64,000 nt of DNA from an uncultured Pseudomonadota bacterium (GTDB lineage Bacteria; Pseudomonadota; Alphaproteobacteria; Rs-D84), in NCBI GenBank assembly GCA_902784345.1, contig CACZUD010000003.1, positions 27,876 to 91,875 of the forward strand. Reading direction: 5' to 3'. Shown one piece after another: positions 28,242 to 37,001 of this stretch. The translations under genes were made by a program, and so were the position numbers. The number at the start of each line of letters is the position of its first letter. The first letter of the stretch is position 1. Under the pieces are notes generated by a model. That model was given only the letters and a program-made list of their open reading frames with translations. It was not told the DNA's origin and searched no databases.

Positions 28242-29948
28242 ATGTCAACAGCAACACTTATATTTTTTGCAATTGCTTTTGTCGCAGTGTATTTTATGCG
28301 CCTTTTCAAGATGGGAACATTATTGGCGTTTTTGTTAACAGGTATTTTGGCAGGCCAGCACGTGTTTGGTTTGTTTGAATTATCTGGAACTTGGCAATTC
28401 TTGGGTGATTTGGGCATTATGTTCTTGTGGTTTAATATCGGTTTGCAAATTAATATGAGCCGACTTTGGCAATTAAGAAGAACGATATTCGGTCTTGGCG
28501 CATCTCAGGTTTTAATGGTGGCTGTAATGCTTTTCCCTGTGCTTGTTGGAATTACAACATGGTCATTAATTGGAACAATTATGATTTCTTTGATTTTGGC
28601 AATGTCCAGTACATCTGAAGATTTACAGATATTAATAGACAGAAATCAATTACAAACAAATATGGGACGTCAAACGTTTTCTATTTTATTGTTCCAAGAT
28701 TTATTGTCGATTCCTTTGCTTGCCATGTTGCCTGTTTTAGCGGGAAAATCGATAAATCTTGGGGCTTCTGCTATTGATATTTTGGTAATGTCTTTGGGTT
28801 TGATATTGGGTGTTATAATCGTATCAAAATTCATTATCAATCCGTTGATGCGCGTTGTTTCACGTGTCCGTTCCCAAGAAGCCTTTGTTTTGGCTATTAT
28901 GGTAAATATTGCTGTTTGGGCGGTGGTGTTAAGTTTAATGGGATTACCGGCGGCACTGGGCGCATTTTTGGCTGGTATGTTAATGTCAGAAACTGTGTAC
29001 AGACATCAGGTTAATGCCGCCATTGAACCATATGCAACATTGTTCTTGGCGTTCTTTTTTATTGTGTTGGGTATGGGAATAAATTTACCATTCTTGATGG
29101 AAAATTGGGGCATTGTTTTGATTGGTGTTGTGGGTTTGGTGTTTGTCAAATTTATGGCGTTATACATGGTTGCACGTGTGCGCCTTGTTCAAAGCCGTGA
29201 TGCCGCTTTAATGTCGCTTATTTTGGCACAGGGTGGTGAATTTGGTTTGTTGATTTTGCAGACTATGAAGACAAATAATATCTCTGCAATTCCACCTGAA
29301 CACCAAGAAATATTAACCGCCATAATTATAGTTTCTATCATTATGACCCCGATATTGTTATTGGTGTATGATCAATTAGTAAAATTTGGTGGGCTGTTCG
29401 GTGGTTCTAATAACAAGAATTTATCGGAAAGAATAACCGAAGAAACACCGACGGTTGTAATTTGTGGTTTTGGTCGTATGGGACAAATTGTCGCACAAAT
29501 GTTGGAATCAGAAAATATATCCTATGTCGCAATTGATGATAATGTTGACGAAGTTGTTGTCGCACGTGAAGCCGGTTATAATGTCATTTATGGTGATTCT
29601 AAAAAGAAGGCAATTTTATTGGCTGCCGGCCTTAGACCGCGTAAAACCAAAGCTGTTGTTATTTCTTTGAACGAAGAAGCCGCGGCGCGCGATATAGTTC
29701 AAACATTGCAAGGTTTTGCGCCACGAATGAAAATATTTGCACGTGCACACAGTTTAAAATCTTCACATGAATTGTTAAAAATGGGTGTAACATCTGCAAC
29801 ACCAGAAATTATAGAATCTTCATTCAGTTTGGGCGCAAGTGTTATGGAAAATCTTGGTTTGTCGAAACTAAAGATAAATTCATTGGTCGATTATTTGCGT
29901 GAAAATGGCTATGAAAATGTTAAAAAGCCACTTAGCGCCAAACAGTGA
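28242..29948 (+). CDS. CPA2-family cation:proton antiporter with TrkA-N (KTN) domain (KefB/KefC-like)
   Basis: About 12 TM segments, then a Rossmann motif VVICGFGRMGQIVAQML. Confidence 0.8.
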   Translation: MSTATLIFFAIAFVAVYFMRLFKMGTLLAFLLTGILAGQHVFGLFELSGTWQFLGDLGIMFLWFNIGLQINMSRLWQLRRTIFGLGASQVLMVAVMLFPVLVGITTWSLIGTIMISLILAMSSTSEDLQILIDRNQLQTNMGRQTFSILLFQDLLSIPLLAMLPVLAGKSINLGASAIDILVMSLGLILGVIIVSKFIINPLMRVVSRVRSQEAFVLAIMVNIAVWAVVLSLMGLPAALGAFLAGMLMSETVYRHQVNAAIEPYATLFLAFFFIVLGMGINLPFLMENWGIVLIGVVGLVFVKFMALYMVARVRLVQSRDAALMSLILAQGGEFGLLILQTMKTNNISAIPPEHQEILTAIIIVSIIMTPILLLVYDQLVKFGGLFGGSNNKNLSERITEETPTVVICGFGRMGQIVAQMLESENISYVAIDDNVDEVVVAREAGYNVIYGDSKKKAILLAAGLRPRKTKAVVISLNEEAAARDIVQTLQGFAPRMKIFARAHSLKSSHELLKMGVTSATPEIIESSFSLGASVMENLGLSKLKINSLVDYLRENGYENVKKPLSAKQ

Positions 29949-30003
29949 TTTATATTTGATTTTACAACATCTAATTGCTATATTTTCTGAAAACGGAGAA
30001 AAA

Positions 30004-30564
30004 ATGAAAAAGTTTTTGAAATATATAGCAATTATTTTTGTCGTTTTTGTGGCAGATTTCTTTTCAAAAAAATATTTGTTGGATTTACTGGCAAATAAAT
30101 ACGGTGATATGATTTTAGACCCAAATGCAATTTGCGCAAAATGTCATATAAACGGCGTAATTATATCATGGCAAGATTTAATCGGTGGCGATTATGGCTT
30201 GTCCAATTTATTCAATATACATTTTGTTTGGAATCGCGGGGTTTCTTTTTCTGCGTTTAACTTTTTGATGCCTGTTATTTTGAGTGTTATAACAGCTTTG
30301 ATAATTTTATGGCTGATTTATTACATGATAAAGAAAGCATGCGATTATGAATATTTGCCGTTGGCATTTATTATTGGTGGTGCGATTGGCAATTTTGTGG
30401 ACAGGGTACGCTTTGGTGCTGTTGCAGATTTTATACAATGGCATATTGGCGGACTTTGGACATTCCCAGCGATATTTAATATTGGTGATGTGTTTATCAC
30501 TTTCGGTGTGATTTTGTATTTAATAAATATGTTCTTGAACAGAAAAAAATGTTCGTGTAAATAA
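30004..30564 (+). CDS. lspA: lipoprotein signal peptidase II
   Basis: Start MKKFLKYIAIIF. HFVWNRGVSFS and GGAIGNFVDRVRFGAVADFI. Confidence 0.88.
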   Translation: MKKFLKYIAIIFVVFVADFFSKKYLLDLLANKYGDMILDPNAICAKCHINGVIISWQDLIGGDYGLSNLFNIHFVWNRGVSFSAFNFLMPVILSVITALIILWLIYYMIKKACDYEYLPLAFIIGGAIGNFVDRVRFGAVADFIQWHIGGLWTFPAIFNIGDVFITFGVILYLINMFLNRKKCSCK

Positions 30565-30576
30565 AAGGAAAACAAA

Positions 30577-32124
30577 ATGGTACAGTATATGGATAATCAA
30601 TCCGGTTTTAATCAGTGGAACCAAATGAACGCCAAAAAGCCGTCTAAATTTTCTGGTTTTTGGTGGTGGATGTTTTTGTTCTTGTTCGCTTGGTGGATAA
30701 TGGGCTCATGGTTTAAACCGCAAAACACAGAAATCAAAGAAGTTGCACCAATAACTGTTGAACAATCAAACGCAACAAAACGAAATCTTGTAAACGAAGA
30801 TGTGTCTTTTGATGTTCAGGGTTTGCGTATATCAAATGTATCATTGAATAAACATAAAAAAGATTCAAAATCCACAGAACATGTTTCTTTGTTAAATAAA
30901 GAAAATAATTTTGTGGAAATAGGTTATGTTTCATCTGAAGTTGTTGTTCCAAACATAAACACACAATGGGAGATGAAATCAGGGGAAATGCATTGGGATA
31001 ATCCAAATATACATTTTATGCGCAAGATATCGGTTAATGGTTATGTTATAAATGTTAAAGATATTATAAAAAATAAAACAAACCATGAAATCAATGTTGC
31101 GCCATATGCACAAATTACACAAAGCGCGGAAAATCAAACTTCTTCTGTTGTTGAAACGGGCGGTGTGGTTTATGCTAATTCCAATCTTGATTATGTTGGT
31201 TGGAATAAACTGAATAAAAAATCTGTTGCGTATTCTTCTGTTGACGCTTCGTTCGGGTTTGCAGATCAATATTGGGAAACAATCGCATCTGTATCCGCAA
31301 AAGACCAAACAATCAGTTTGAAAAAAAGTGGTGATTTATATTTTGCACAAACAAACGCTGCACCTGTAAAAATCGCACCTAAAAGCGAATCTGAAATAAA
31401 TACTTATGTATTCACAGGTCCGCGTCAAAGCGATGTTTTAAAAGTGGCAGAAAAAAATATCCCAGGTATAACAAAAACTATGGATTATGGTTGGTTCTGG
31501 TTCTTTGCACAGCCCATGTTGTGGATGATAAATTGGCTGTATGCTTTGGTTGGTAATTATGGTATCGCAATTATTTTGATGACATTAATTTTAAGAATAT
31601 TGATATGGCCATTAACGCGTAAATCATACGTATCAACAATGCTGATGCAAAAAATGCAACCAGAATTGCAACGTGTTCAAAAATTGTACGCTAATGACAA
31701 AGTTCGTCTTCAAATGGAAATGATGAAAGTTTATCAAACACATAAAACTTCGCCAATGTCTGGTTGTTTGCCAATGCTGATTCAGATTCCAATCTTTTTC
31801 GCATTGTACAAGGCGTTATTGATTTCTGTGCCAATGCGCAGCGCACACTTTTTGTGGATATCAGATTTGGCGGTAATGGATCCTTACTTTATATTGCCAA
31901 TATTGATGGGGGCAACAATGTGGTTGCAACAATATTTGCAGACCCCAAACCAAATATCAAATACAAATGATATTGCTGCATCAACACAGCGCGTAATGAA
32001 ATGGATGCCTGTATTGTTTACGGTATTGTTTGCATGGATGCCTGCTGGGTTGGTTTTGTATTGGACCGTATCAAATGTATTTGGAATTTTACAAATGTAT
32101 ATAATCAAGAAAACAATGAAATAA
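30577..32124 (+). CDS. yidC: membrane protein insertase YidC
   Basis: N-terminal TM segment, large periplasmic domain, 60-kDa insertase core GNYGIAIILMTLILRILIWPL...CLPMLIQIPIFFALY. Confidence 0.92.
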   Translation: MVQYMDNQSGFNQWNQMNAKKPSKFSGFWWWMFLFLFAWWIMGSWFKPQNTEIKEVAPITVEQSNATKRNLVNEDVSFDVQGLRISNVSLNKHKKDSKSTEHVSLLNKENNFVEIGYVSSEVVVPNINTQWEMKSGEMHWDNPNIHFMRKISVNGYVINVKDIIKNKTNHEINVAPYAQITQSAENQTSSVVETGGVVYANSNLDYVGWNKLNKKSVAYSSVDASFGFADQYWETIASVSAKDQTISLKKSGDLYFAQTNAAPVKIAPKSESEINTYVFTGPRQSDVLKVAEKNIPGITKTMDYGWFWFFAQPMLWMINWLYALVGNYGIAIILMTLILRILIWPLTRKSYVSTMLMQKMQPELQRVQKLYANDKVRLQMEMMKVYQTHKTSPMSGCLPMLIQIPIFFALYKALLISVPMRSAHFLWISDLAVMDPYFILPILMGATMWLQQYLQTPNQISNTNDIAASTQRVMKWMPVLFTVLFAWMPAGLVLYWTVSNVFGILQMYIIKKTMK

Positions 32125-32150
32125 AAAACGCCCAAACGGGCGTTTTTTAT
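32123..32150. terminator. bidirectional terminator after yidC
   Basis: acgccc-aaac-gggcgt with flanking A-run and T-run. Confidence 0.7.
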
Positions 32151-32485
32151 TTTTTGCTTAAATGATTCAAAAGGGCTTGCGGGGTTTGGATTTTTATATT
32201 TTTGATACCGCATGCCTGTTTTGTAAATTGAACACAGGTAAGGCAGGGTATGGCGCTTTTTTCTTGTAGCTTGGTTGAGTATTTAATAAAAACCCATCCA
32301 TGTTGTTTTAATAATCTTAAATCGCTTTTTTTTATAACAATTTTTAATGTTTTTTTCATATGCACGAATTGATAAATTGTCGCATTGTTTTTATTAACCA
32401 CTATTGGTGCACAGTGTTTATATTTTTTACAAAATATTTTCGCATAAAATTTATTTGAATAATTTGAAAAACCTATGTACAGCAT
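32147..32485 (-). CDS. hypothetical protein
   Basis: 112-aa basic ORF, 24 nt downstream of 32510..32863. No family recognised. Confidence 0.45.
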   Translation of the reverse strand: MLYIGFSNYSNKFYAKIFCKKYKHCAPIVVNKNNATIYQFVHMKKTLKIVIKKSDLRLLKQHGWVFIKYSTKLQEKSAIPCLTCVQFTKQACGIKNIKIQTPQALLNHLSKK

Positions 32486-32509
32486 AATATATAACCTTTT
32501 AAATTAAAT

Positions 32510-32863
32510 TTAATCAACCAACCAGCCTTTTTTTGATGCGTACGCGCCAAGTATATCCATCGAAGATTTCCAAAGTGCGCTTGCGCGATTTTCAGAATAA
32601 ATATATTGATGTGGTGCGCGTTTTTTATCTCCAAATTTTTTCATGACAGCCAGTTGTTCTTCTGTTAATTTTCCGCACAAGTAAAGTTTTGTAATTAAAC
32701 TTTCTACATCCAATATTTCACATGGACGACGTATAGAAGATTTGTGGTAACGAAATCCGTTTTGAATTGATTTAGAATACAAAAACCAGAACCAGAGTTG
32801 TTCTGCGTTTTGGAATTTTTCTGTTGCGTTTATTTCGTCTTTTTTTATTTTGGTATTTAACAT
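32510..32863 (-). CDS. hypothetical protein
   Basis: 117-aa ORF with an AAGGAGAAAG RBS. W/F-rich N-terminal segment EQLWFWFLYSKS. No family recognised. Confidence 0.5.
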   Translation of the reverse strand: MLNTKIKKDEINATEKFQNAEQLWFWFLYSKSIQNGFRYHKSSIRRPCEILDVESLITKLYLCGKLTEEQLAVMKKFGDKKRAPHQYIYSENRASALWKSSMDILGAYASKKGWLVD

Positions 32864-32895
32864 TATCTTTCTCCTTTTGTTTGTTCTTGGTTAAT

Positions 32896-32927
32896 TAAAA
32901 AAAGTGCATTATTTCCTAATGCACTTT
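32896..32927 (-). terminator. terminator-like hairpin inside the 5' leader of the 32863 gene
   Basis: Minus strand: aagtgcatt-aggaaat-aatgcactt followed by TTTTTTT, about 30 nt upstream of the RBS. Confidence 0.45.
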
Positions 32928-32939
32928 AAAGTATATAAA

Positions 32940-33036
32940 AAATCGAATCGTGTAAAATTATACAACTGTAAATAGAAACACGAATCGAAAAATCGATTCG
33001 AAATCGATATTTGAATATCGGTGTTCGAATCGATTA
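32940..33036. promoter_or_regulatory. cluster of CGAATCG/CGATTCG repeats (each contains a GANTC site) overlapping an extended -10 promoter (TGTATAAT, minus strand, 32957-32964)
   Basis: Heptamer copies at 32944-50, 32981-87, 32994-33000 and 33026-32, plus ATCGAT half sites at 33003-08 and 33030-35. Confidence 0.45.
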
Positions 33037-33037
33037 A

Positions 33038-33064
33038 ATTAAAAAATCCGCATTTGCGGATTTT
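33038..33064 (-). terminator. rho-independent terminator of the virB8-10 operon
   Basis: aatccgc-aaat-gcggatt immediately after the virB10 stop, followed by a T-run on the minus strand. Confidence 0.75.
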
Positions 33065-35500
33065 TTAATTAACTTCTATCGGCGGGAAACAATCGCCACC
33101 CGTATCCGGACAACAATTGAATCCAGCTTCGCCCATATCTGTATAAGTTTCACCAGCGCAGCATCCGTTTAAATCAGGTGCACTGCCGTCATCACATGTC
33201 AACACTTCTTCTGCTGCGGCTGCTTCTGCAACAAAATTGTCAGGTTTTGCCCATGGATTAACAATATTGTCATTATCATCGTATTTAAGACCAAGAATAT
33301 CTTGATTATATGCTTTTTTCTGTTCTGCGGTTTGATCAGATATGTAATCACCGGTGGTTTGATTAAATGTAACCGTTCCATACTTGTTTTCGGCCTGTGT
33401 TTTTACGCTTTCGTTATATGCAGCCTGTTTAGCATTGTTTTTCGCCTGATAGTTTTGTGATTCACAGTACATATAAACTGTTCTGTAATCATAACCAGAT
33501 TGTGCCCAGTTATCACCAATTGTTACTTTATTGTTTTTGGTAGTGCAATATTGCATCAAATCAAATGAACGAACCTGACCAACCCATGAAGAATCCGTTG
33601 TATCAATAGTTACTTTGTTTTTCAATTTTGCCCACTCACGACGTGGATTTTCGCCGTATGTTGTAAATGCACATTTTTTACCTTTGTTCGCATTTTCATC
33701 ACATGTAACAATCAAATCAACCGGTGAAAAAACATTTATGCGCGTACCGGCGGCAATTGAAAATGGTGGTACAGTATTATCAATTGCATCAACAATTAAT
33801 TTTTGAGTGATTTTATTCCATGTATTAATAACTTCTTGTTTTGCCATTTCTGATGAACGAATTGTTCCTGATTGAACAATTGTATTATTATCCAAATCTA
33901 TTTGGTTTATAACAGTATCTGCAATTGGTGCAATCATATTAACTGCCGCAGGAACCAAAGATGTCAATATCGGCATAACCATTTGTTCTACATAATCAGT
34001 ACTGCCGTGTCCTGGGACACCCATACGACCTTGGGCATCGGCCGAATATGGATCCTGATCGCCGTCAAAATTAAATTCAACACCATCTGGACGGATAAAT
34101 TGGTACCATTTAATATTCATACGACCAAATGCTTGGTATGGCCCAGGCAGATTGCCGTCCAAATACCCCATTAACAATGTTCCCGTGGGTAATATTATTG
34201 TGCGGCCATCATCAGAATAAACATTTCTGTCCACCGTTGCACGAACAGGTATGCTGTAGTTTTTACTTGGATCACATTGTCCTGATTGTACTTTTGAACA
34301 ACCATAAACACTGGGGTCTGCGCGCACTTCAGAAACAATAGTTGCCGGAATTGGTTTAAATTGGCGCAATATAAATGTTCTGTCATACGGACGAGATGAT
34401 ACGACGGATTCTGCCCCTACTGCAGAGCCTTTTAATGCTTCATAGTCATAACTGTTATCTTTATCAAAGATAAGTCCGCCTTCTTTATCGTTCCCGCCTG
34501 TTTCCCAAATTGGTTCGCCACCAAAAGAACCGTCTGCATTTGGCGCAACAAAAGAACGTGGTGCTGTCAATTTTGGAACAGATAAATTTCTGGAACGAAC
34601 ATTACGATATCCAATATGGTCTGAATCTGTGCCGATTTTAGAACCATCTTTTAATGAAGTTATAATACCTGTTGTTATATCGTATTTTCCAGTTGGATTC
34701 GAACAATCTTTGTCTGAAAAAGGATGAAAATAATTCGCGCCACGTTCTGGTTTTATCCAACCAATTTGACGGCCTGATTGATCATAACCTGGAATTGCAA
34801 ATTCAGAACATTTTTCAGGTGGCAAAACAAAATCATCTTTTTCTTTCAACGGATTTCTTACTGCGACAGTTTTTATTTCTTTTGCTGCTTTTTCTACAAT
34901 TGGTTCTGGTTCTTCGTCTATAAAATCTTCTTCGTCTTCTTCTTCTGGTTCTTCAATAACAACTGGTTTAGGCGCAACCACAGGTTTCTTTTCTATAACA
35001 GGTTCAACTTTTTTTGGTTCTTCTTTTTTCCACGAAGAATACTTAACAACAACTTCTTGTGTTTTTATCAATTCAGGCTGTGATTCAATGTGCCAATTTA
35101 TTTTCAGTGTTGCTTCTGATTCTTTTTGGACAAGTGTTGGTTTATAAATAATCTTGATTATGCACAAATCAGTTGCACTATCACGACAATTATCTGTCGT
35201 TTTTATTCCGTCTGCTTTGATATCAATATCTTTAATGATAACAGGTACAGTAACCGAAACAGTGATGCTTTCATCATTAGATTTACCAACTTCTGTTTCT
35301 GTTAAATCGACAATTTGTGGATCAACAGAAAAAGAAACATTTTCGTTCATTTCTTTTATTTGTGTGTTATCTGATTTATGTCCCAATAACAAGAACAACA
35401 AAATAATTACAACAATAAACGCCGCCCCCAGCAATATCCATTGAACATGTTTTGGGGTATTGGTTCTTAATTCTTTAAATTGTTGTTTTAAATTTTTCAT
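33065..35500 (-). CDS. virB10: VirB10/TrbI-family type IV secretion protein, expanded (811 aa)
   Basis: N-terminal TM segment WILLGAAFIVVIILLFLLLG. Pro/Glu-rich linker (EEPKKVEPVIEKKPVVAPKPVVIEEPEEEDEED). Conserved core ILPTGTLLMGYLDG...IKWYQFIRPDGVEF...ADAQGRMGVPGH...IAAGTRINVFSPVDL. About 210 extra C-terminal residues ending in a Cys-rich tail. Confidence 0.85.
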   Translation of the reverse strand: MKNLKQQFKELRTNTPKHVQWILLGAAFIVVIILLFLLLGHKSDNTQIKEMNENVSFSVDPQIVDLTETEVGKSNDESITVSVTVPVIIKDIDIKADGIKTTDNCRDSATDLCIIKIIYKPTLVQKESEATLKINWHIESQPELIKTQEVVVKYSSWKKEEPKKVEPVIEKKPVVAPKPVVIEEPEEEDEEDFIDEEPEPIVEKAAKEIKTVAVRNPLKEKDDFVLPPEKCSEFAIPGYDQSGRQIGWIKPERGANYFHPFSDKDCSNPTGKYDITTGIITSLKDGSKIGTDSDHIGYRNVRSRNLSVPKLTAPRSFVAPNADGSFGGEPIWETGGNDKEGGLIFDKDNSYDYEALKGSAVGAESVVSSRPYDRTFILRQFKPIPATIVSEVRADPSVYGCSKVQSGQCDPSKNYSIPVRATVDRNVYSDDGRTIILPTGTLLMGYLDGNLPGPYQAFGRMNIKWYQFIRPDGVEFNFDGDQDPYSADAQGRMGVPGHGSTDYVEQMVMPILTSLVPAAVNMIAPIADTVINQIDLDNNTIVQSGTIRSSEMAKQEVINTWNKITQKLIVDAIDNTVPPFSIAAGTRINVFSPVDLIVTCDENANKGKKCAFTTYGENPRREWAKLKNKVTIDTTDSSWVGQVRSFDLMQYCTTKNNKVTIGDNWAQSGYDYRTVYMYCESQNYQAKNNAKQAAYNESVKTQAENKYGTVTFNQTTGDYISDQTAEQKKAYNQDILGLKYDDNDNIVNPWAKPDNFVAEAAAAEEVLTCDDGSAPDLNGCCAGETYTDMGEAGFNCCPDTGGDCFPPIEVN

Positions 35501-35506
35501 TTTCTT

Positions 35507-36982
35507 TTACTGTATTCTTACCACATGACAACTTGCACCACTGAACTTTAACAATTGATCACACAATCTTTGTGCCGTATCAATGTCAGACAATGGACCA
35601 ATACGTAAACGATACAGACGTGCAGTTGCAGAATCAGACCCCAGATCGCCAACACCTTGTTCGTCAACCGCGAAAAACACACTGTTCTTGTACGGGCTTA
35701 AAATACCTTCGCCGTCATCGCCACTGAATTTAGCCAACAAACTGGTCCAATAATCATTCAATGCCTTTACAGATGTATCAGATTTTAATTCAACCGCAAC
35801 ACCTGTCTGATTGCTGGATATTAATGGAATGTTTGTTTGTGGTAAATAAGAACCTGCCGTAGTACGCGCTGTTGGAATCATGCTAACACCGTTGGCGCCG
35901 CCGGACACAGCATTTGGTTGGTCATATATATATATTGGTGTTGCACTGTAATCCGTAATGCTTTGGCTTATTGCATACTGTTCATCGCCATATGCAACGT
36001 TATTCAAAGATTGGTTTGATGCCAAAGATTGTGCAACGTTTGCTTCTGCCAATGCCATAACAGATGCGGTATCTGCAATCAAGAAAGGTTTAGCACGTTT
36101 TTTGATGCAAACAATTCTTTGTCCACTGCGCAATACCATATCGCCAACTGCTTCAACAATCAATAAACGTCCATCTTCGCCGTCTGTACGGAAACCAACA
36201 GGGCTTTCGCCACCTTCGACCAAAAGCGATACTACTGGGCGTTGGGTCATAGAAATAACTTTGTCGCCAAAATCAATATATGTAAATATACGGTCACGCC
36301 ATACGCGTTCTGGCGCAATAACATAATCATCCGGATTTGGAACGAATATATCTAAATCAAAGCGGAATTCAGAAGGATCTATTTTCATCGTTTTTATCCA
36401 TCCGTAATCTTCGCCATCAACACCGACTGTATTTGTTGCAGGTGCCGCAGATTTTGTGAACACAGAACCCATTGCACCACCAGATGTTGTCGATGTGTTT
36501 TGTATTGATTTTGATGCGCCACCCAAAGAAACATCAACTTGAGAATAAGTGATTTCACTGGAATTCACAGGGTATGCACGCAAATAAAATATATAAGTAT
36601 TACCAGATTGGCCCGTAACAATCATATTCGTATCATTTCCTGCATTACTGGAAGCAGGAGTAATGTACATTGTATTACCACCTTTGTCAGGTTTGATTTC
36701 AAACAAACCATCGTTTCCAACAACCGCATCGGCAATCTTTTCGCCGTTTGGCAGCGTTACCAAAGTTGCCATACCTGCACGTGTTTTGATTGGCAGAACA
36801 GTTCCTGTTGACCAAGTAAGATTCGCATAACCTGGTTTTGTTGAACCTGCGGTCATATTTGCATTTGGATTATCCCATGCGGCCTGAAAAGTGGCTTCTG
36901 CATGTGCAGGAAACGCACAGCATAACACAGCCAACAAAGAAATACTCAATTTACATGTTTTTACAAAAGTCATGTTTCCCAA
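35507..36982 (-). CDS. virB9: VirB9/TrbG/CagX-family type IV secretion protein fused to a C-terminal SPOR-like domain
   Basis: Signal peptide. VirB9 N-terminal domain (NMIVTGQSGNTYIFYLRAY) and C-terminal domain (RIFTYIDFGD...RPVVSLLVEGGESPVGFRTDG...LRSGQRIVCIKK). Then about 190 extra aa ending ...ARLYRLRIGPLSDIDTAQRLCDQLLKFSGASCHVVRIQ. Confidence 0.85.
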   Translation of the reverse strand: MGNMTFVKTCKLSISLLAVLCCAFPAHAEATFQAAWDNPNANMTAGSTKPGYANLTWSTGTVLPIKTRAGMATLVTLPNGEKIADAVVGNDGLFEIKPDKGGNTMYITPASSNAGNDTNMIVTGQSGNTYIFYLRAYPVNSSEITYSQVDVSLGGASKSIQNTSTTSGGAMGSVFTKSAAPATNTVGVDGEDYGWIKTMKIDPSEFRFDLDIFVPNPDDYVIAPERVWRDRIFTYIDFGDKVISMTQRPVVSLLVEGGESPVGFRTDGEDGRLLIVEAVGDMVLRSGQRIVCIKKRAKPFLIADTASVMALAEANVAQSLASNQSLNNVAYGDEQYAISQSITDYSATPIYIYDQPNAVSGGANGVSMIPTARTTAGSYLPQTNIPLISSNQTGVAVELKSDTSVKALNDYWTSLLAKFSGDDGEGILSPYKNSVFFAVDEQGVGDLGSDSATARLYRLRIGPLSDIDTAQRLCDQLLKFSGASCHVVRIQ

Positions 36983-37001
36983 TCCTTACCTTTTCAAATC
37001 T

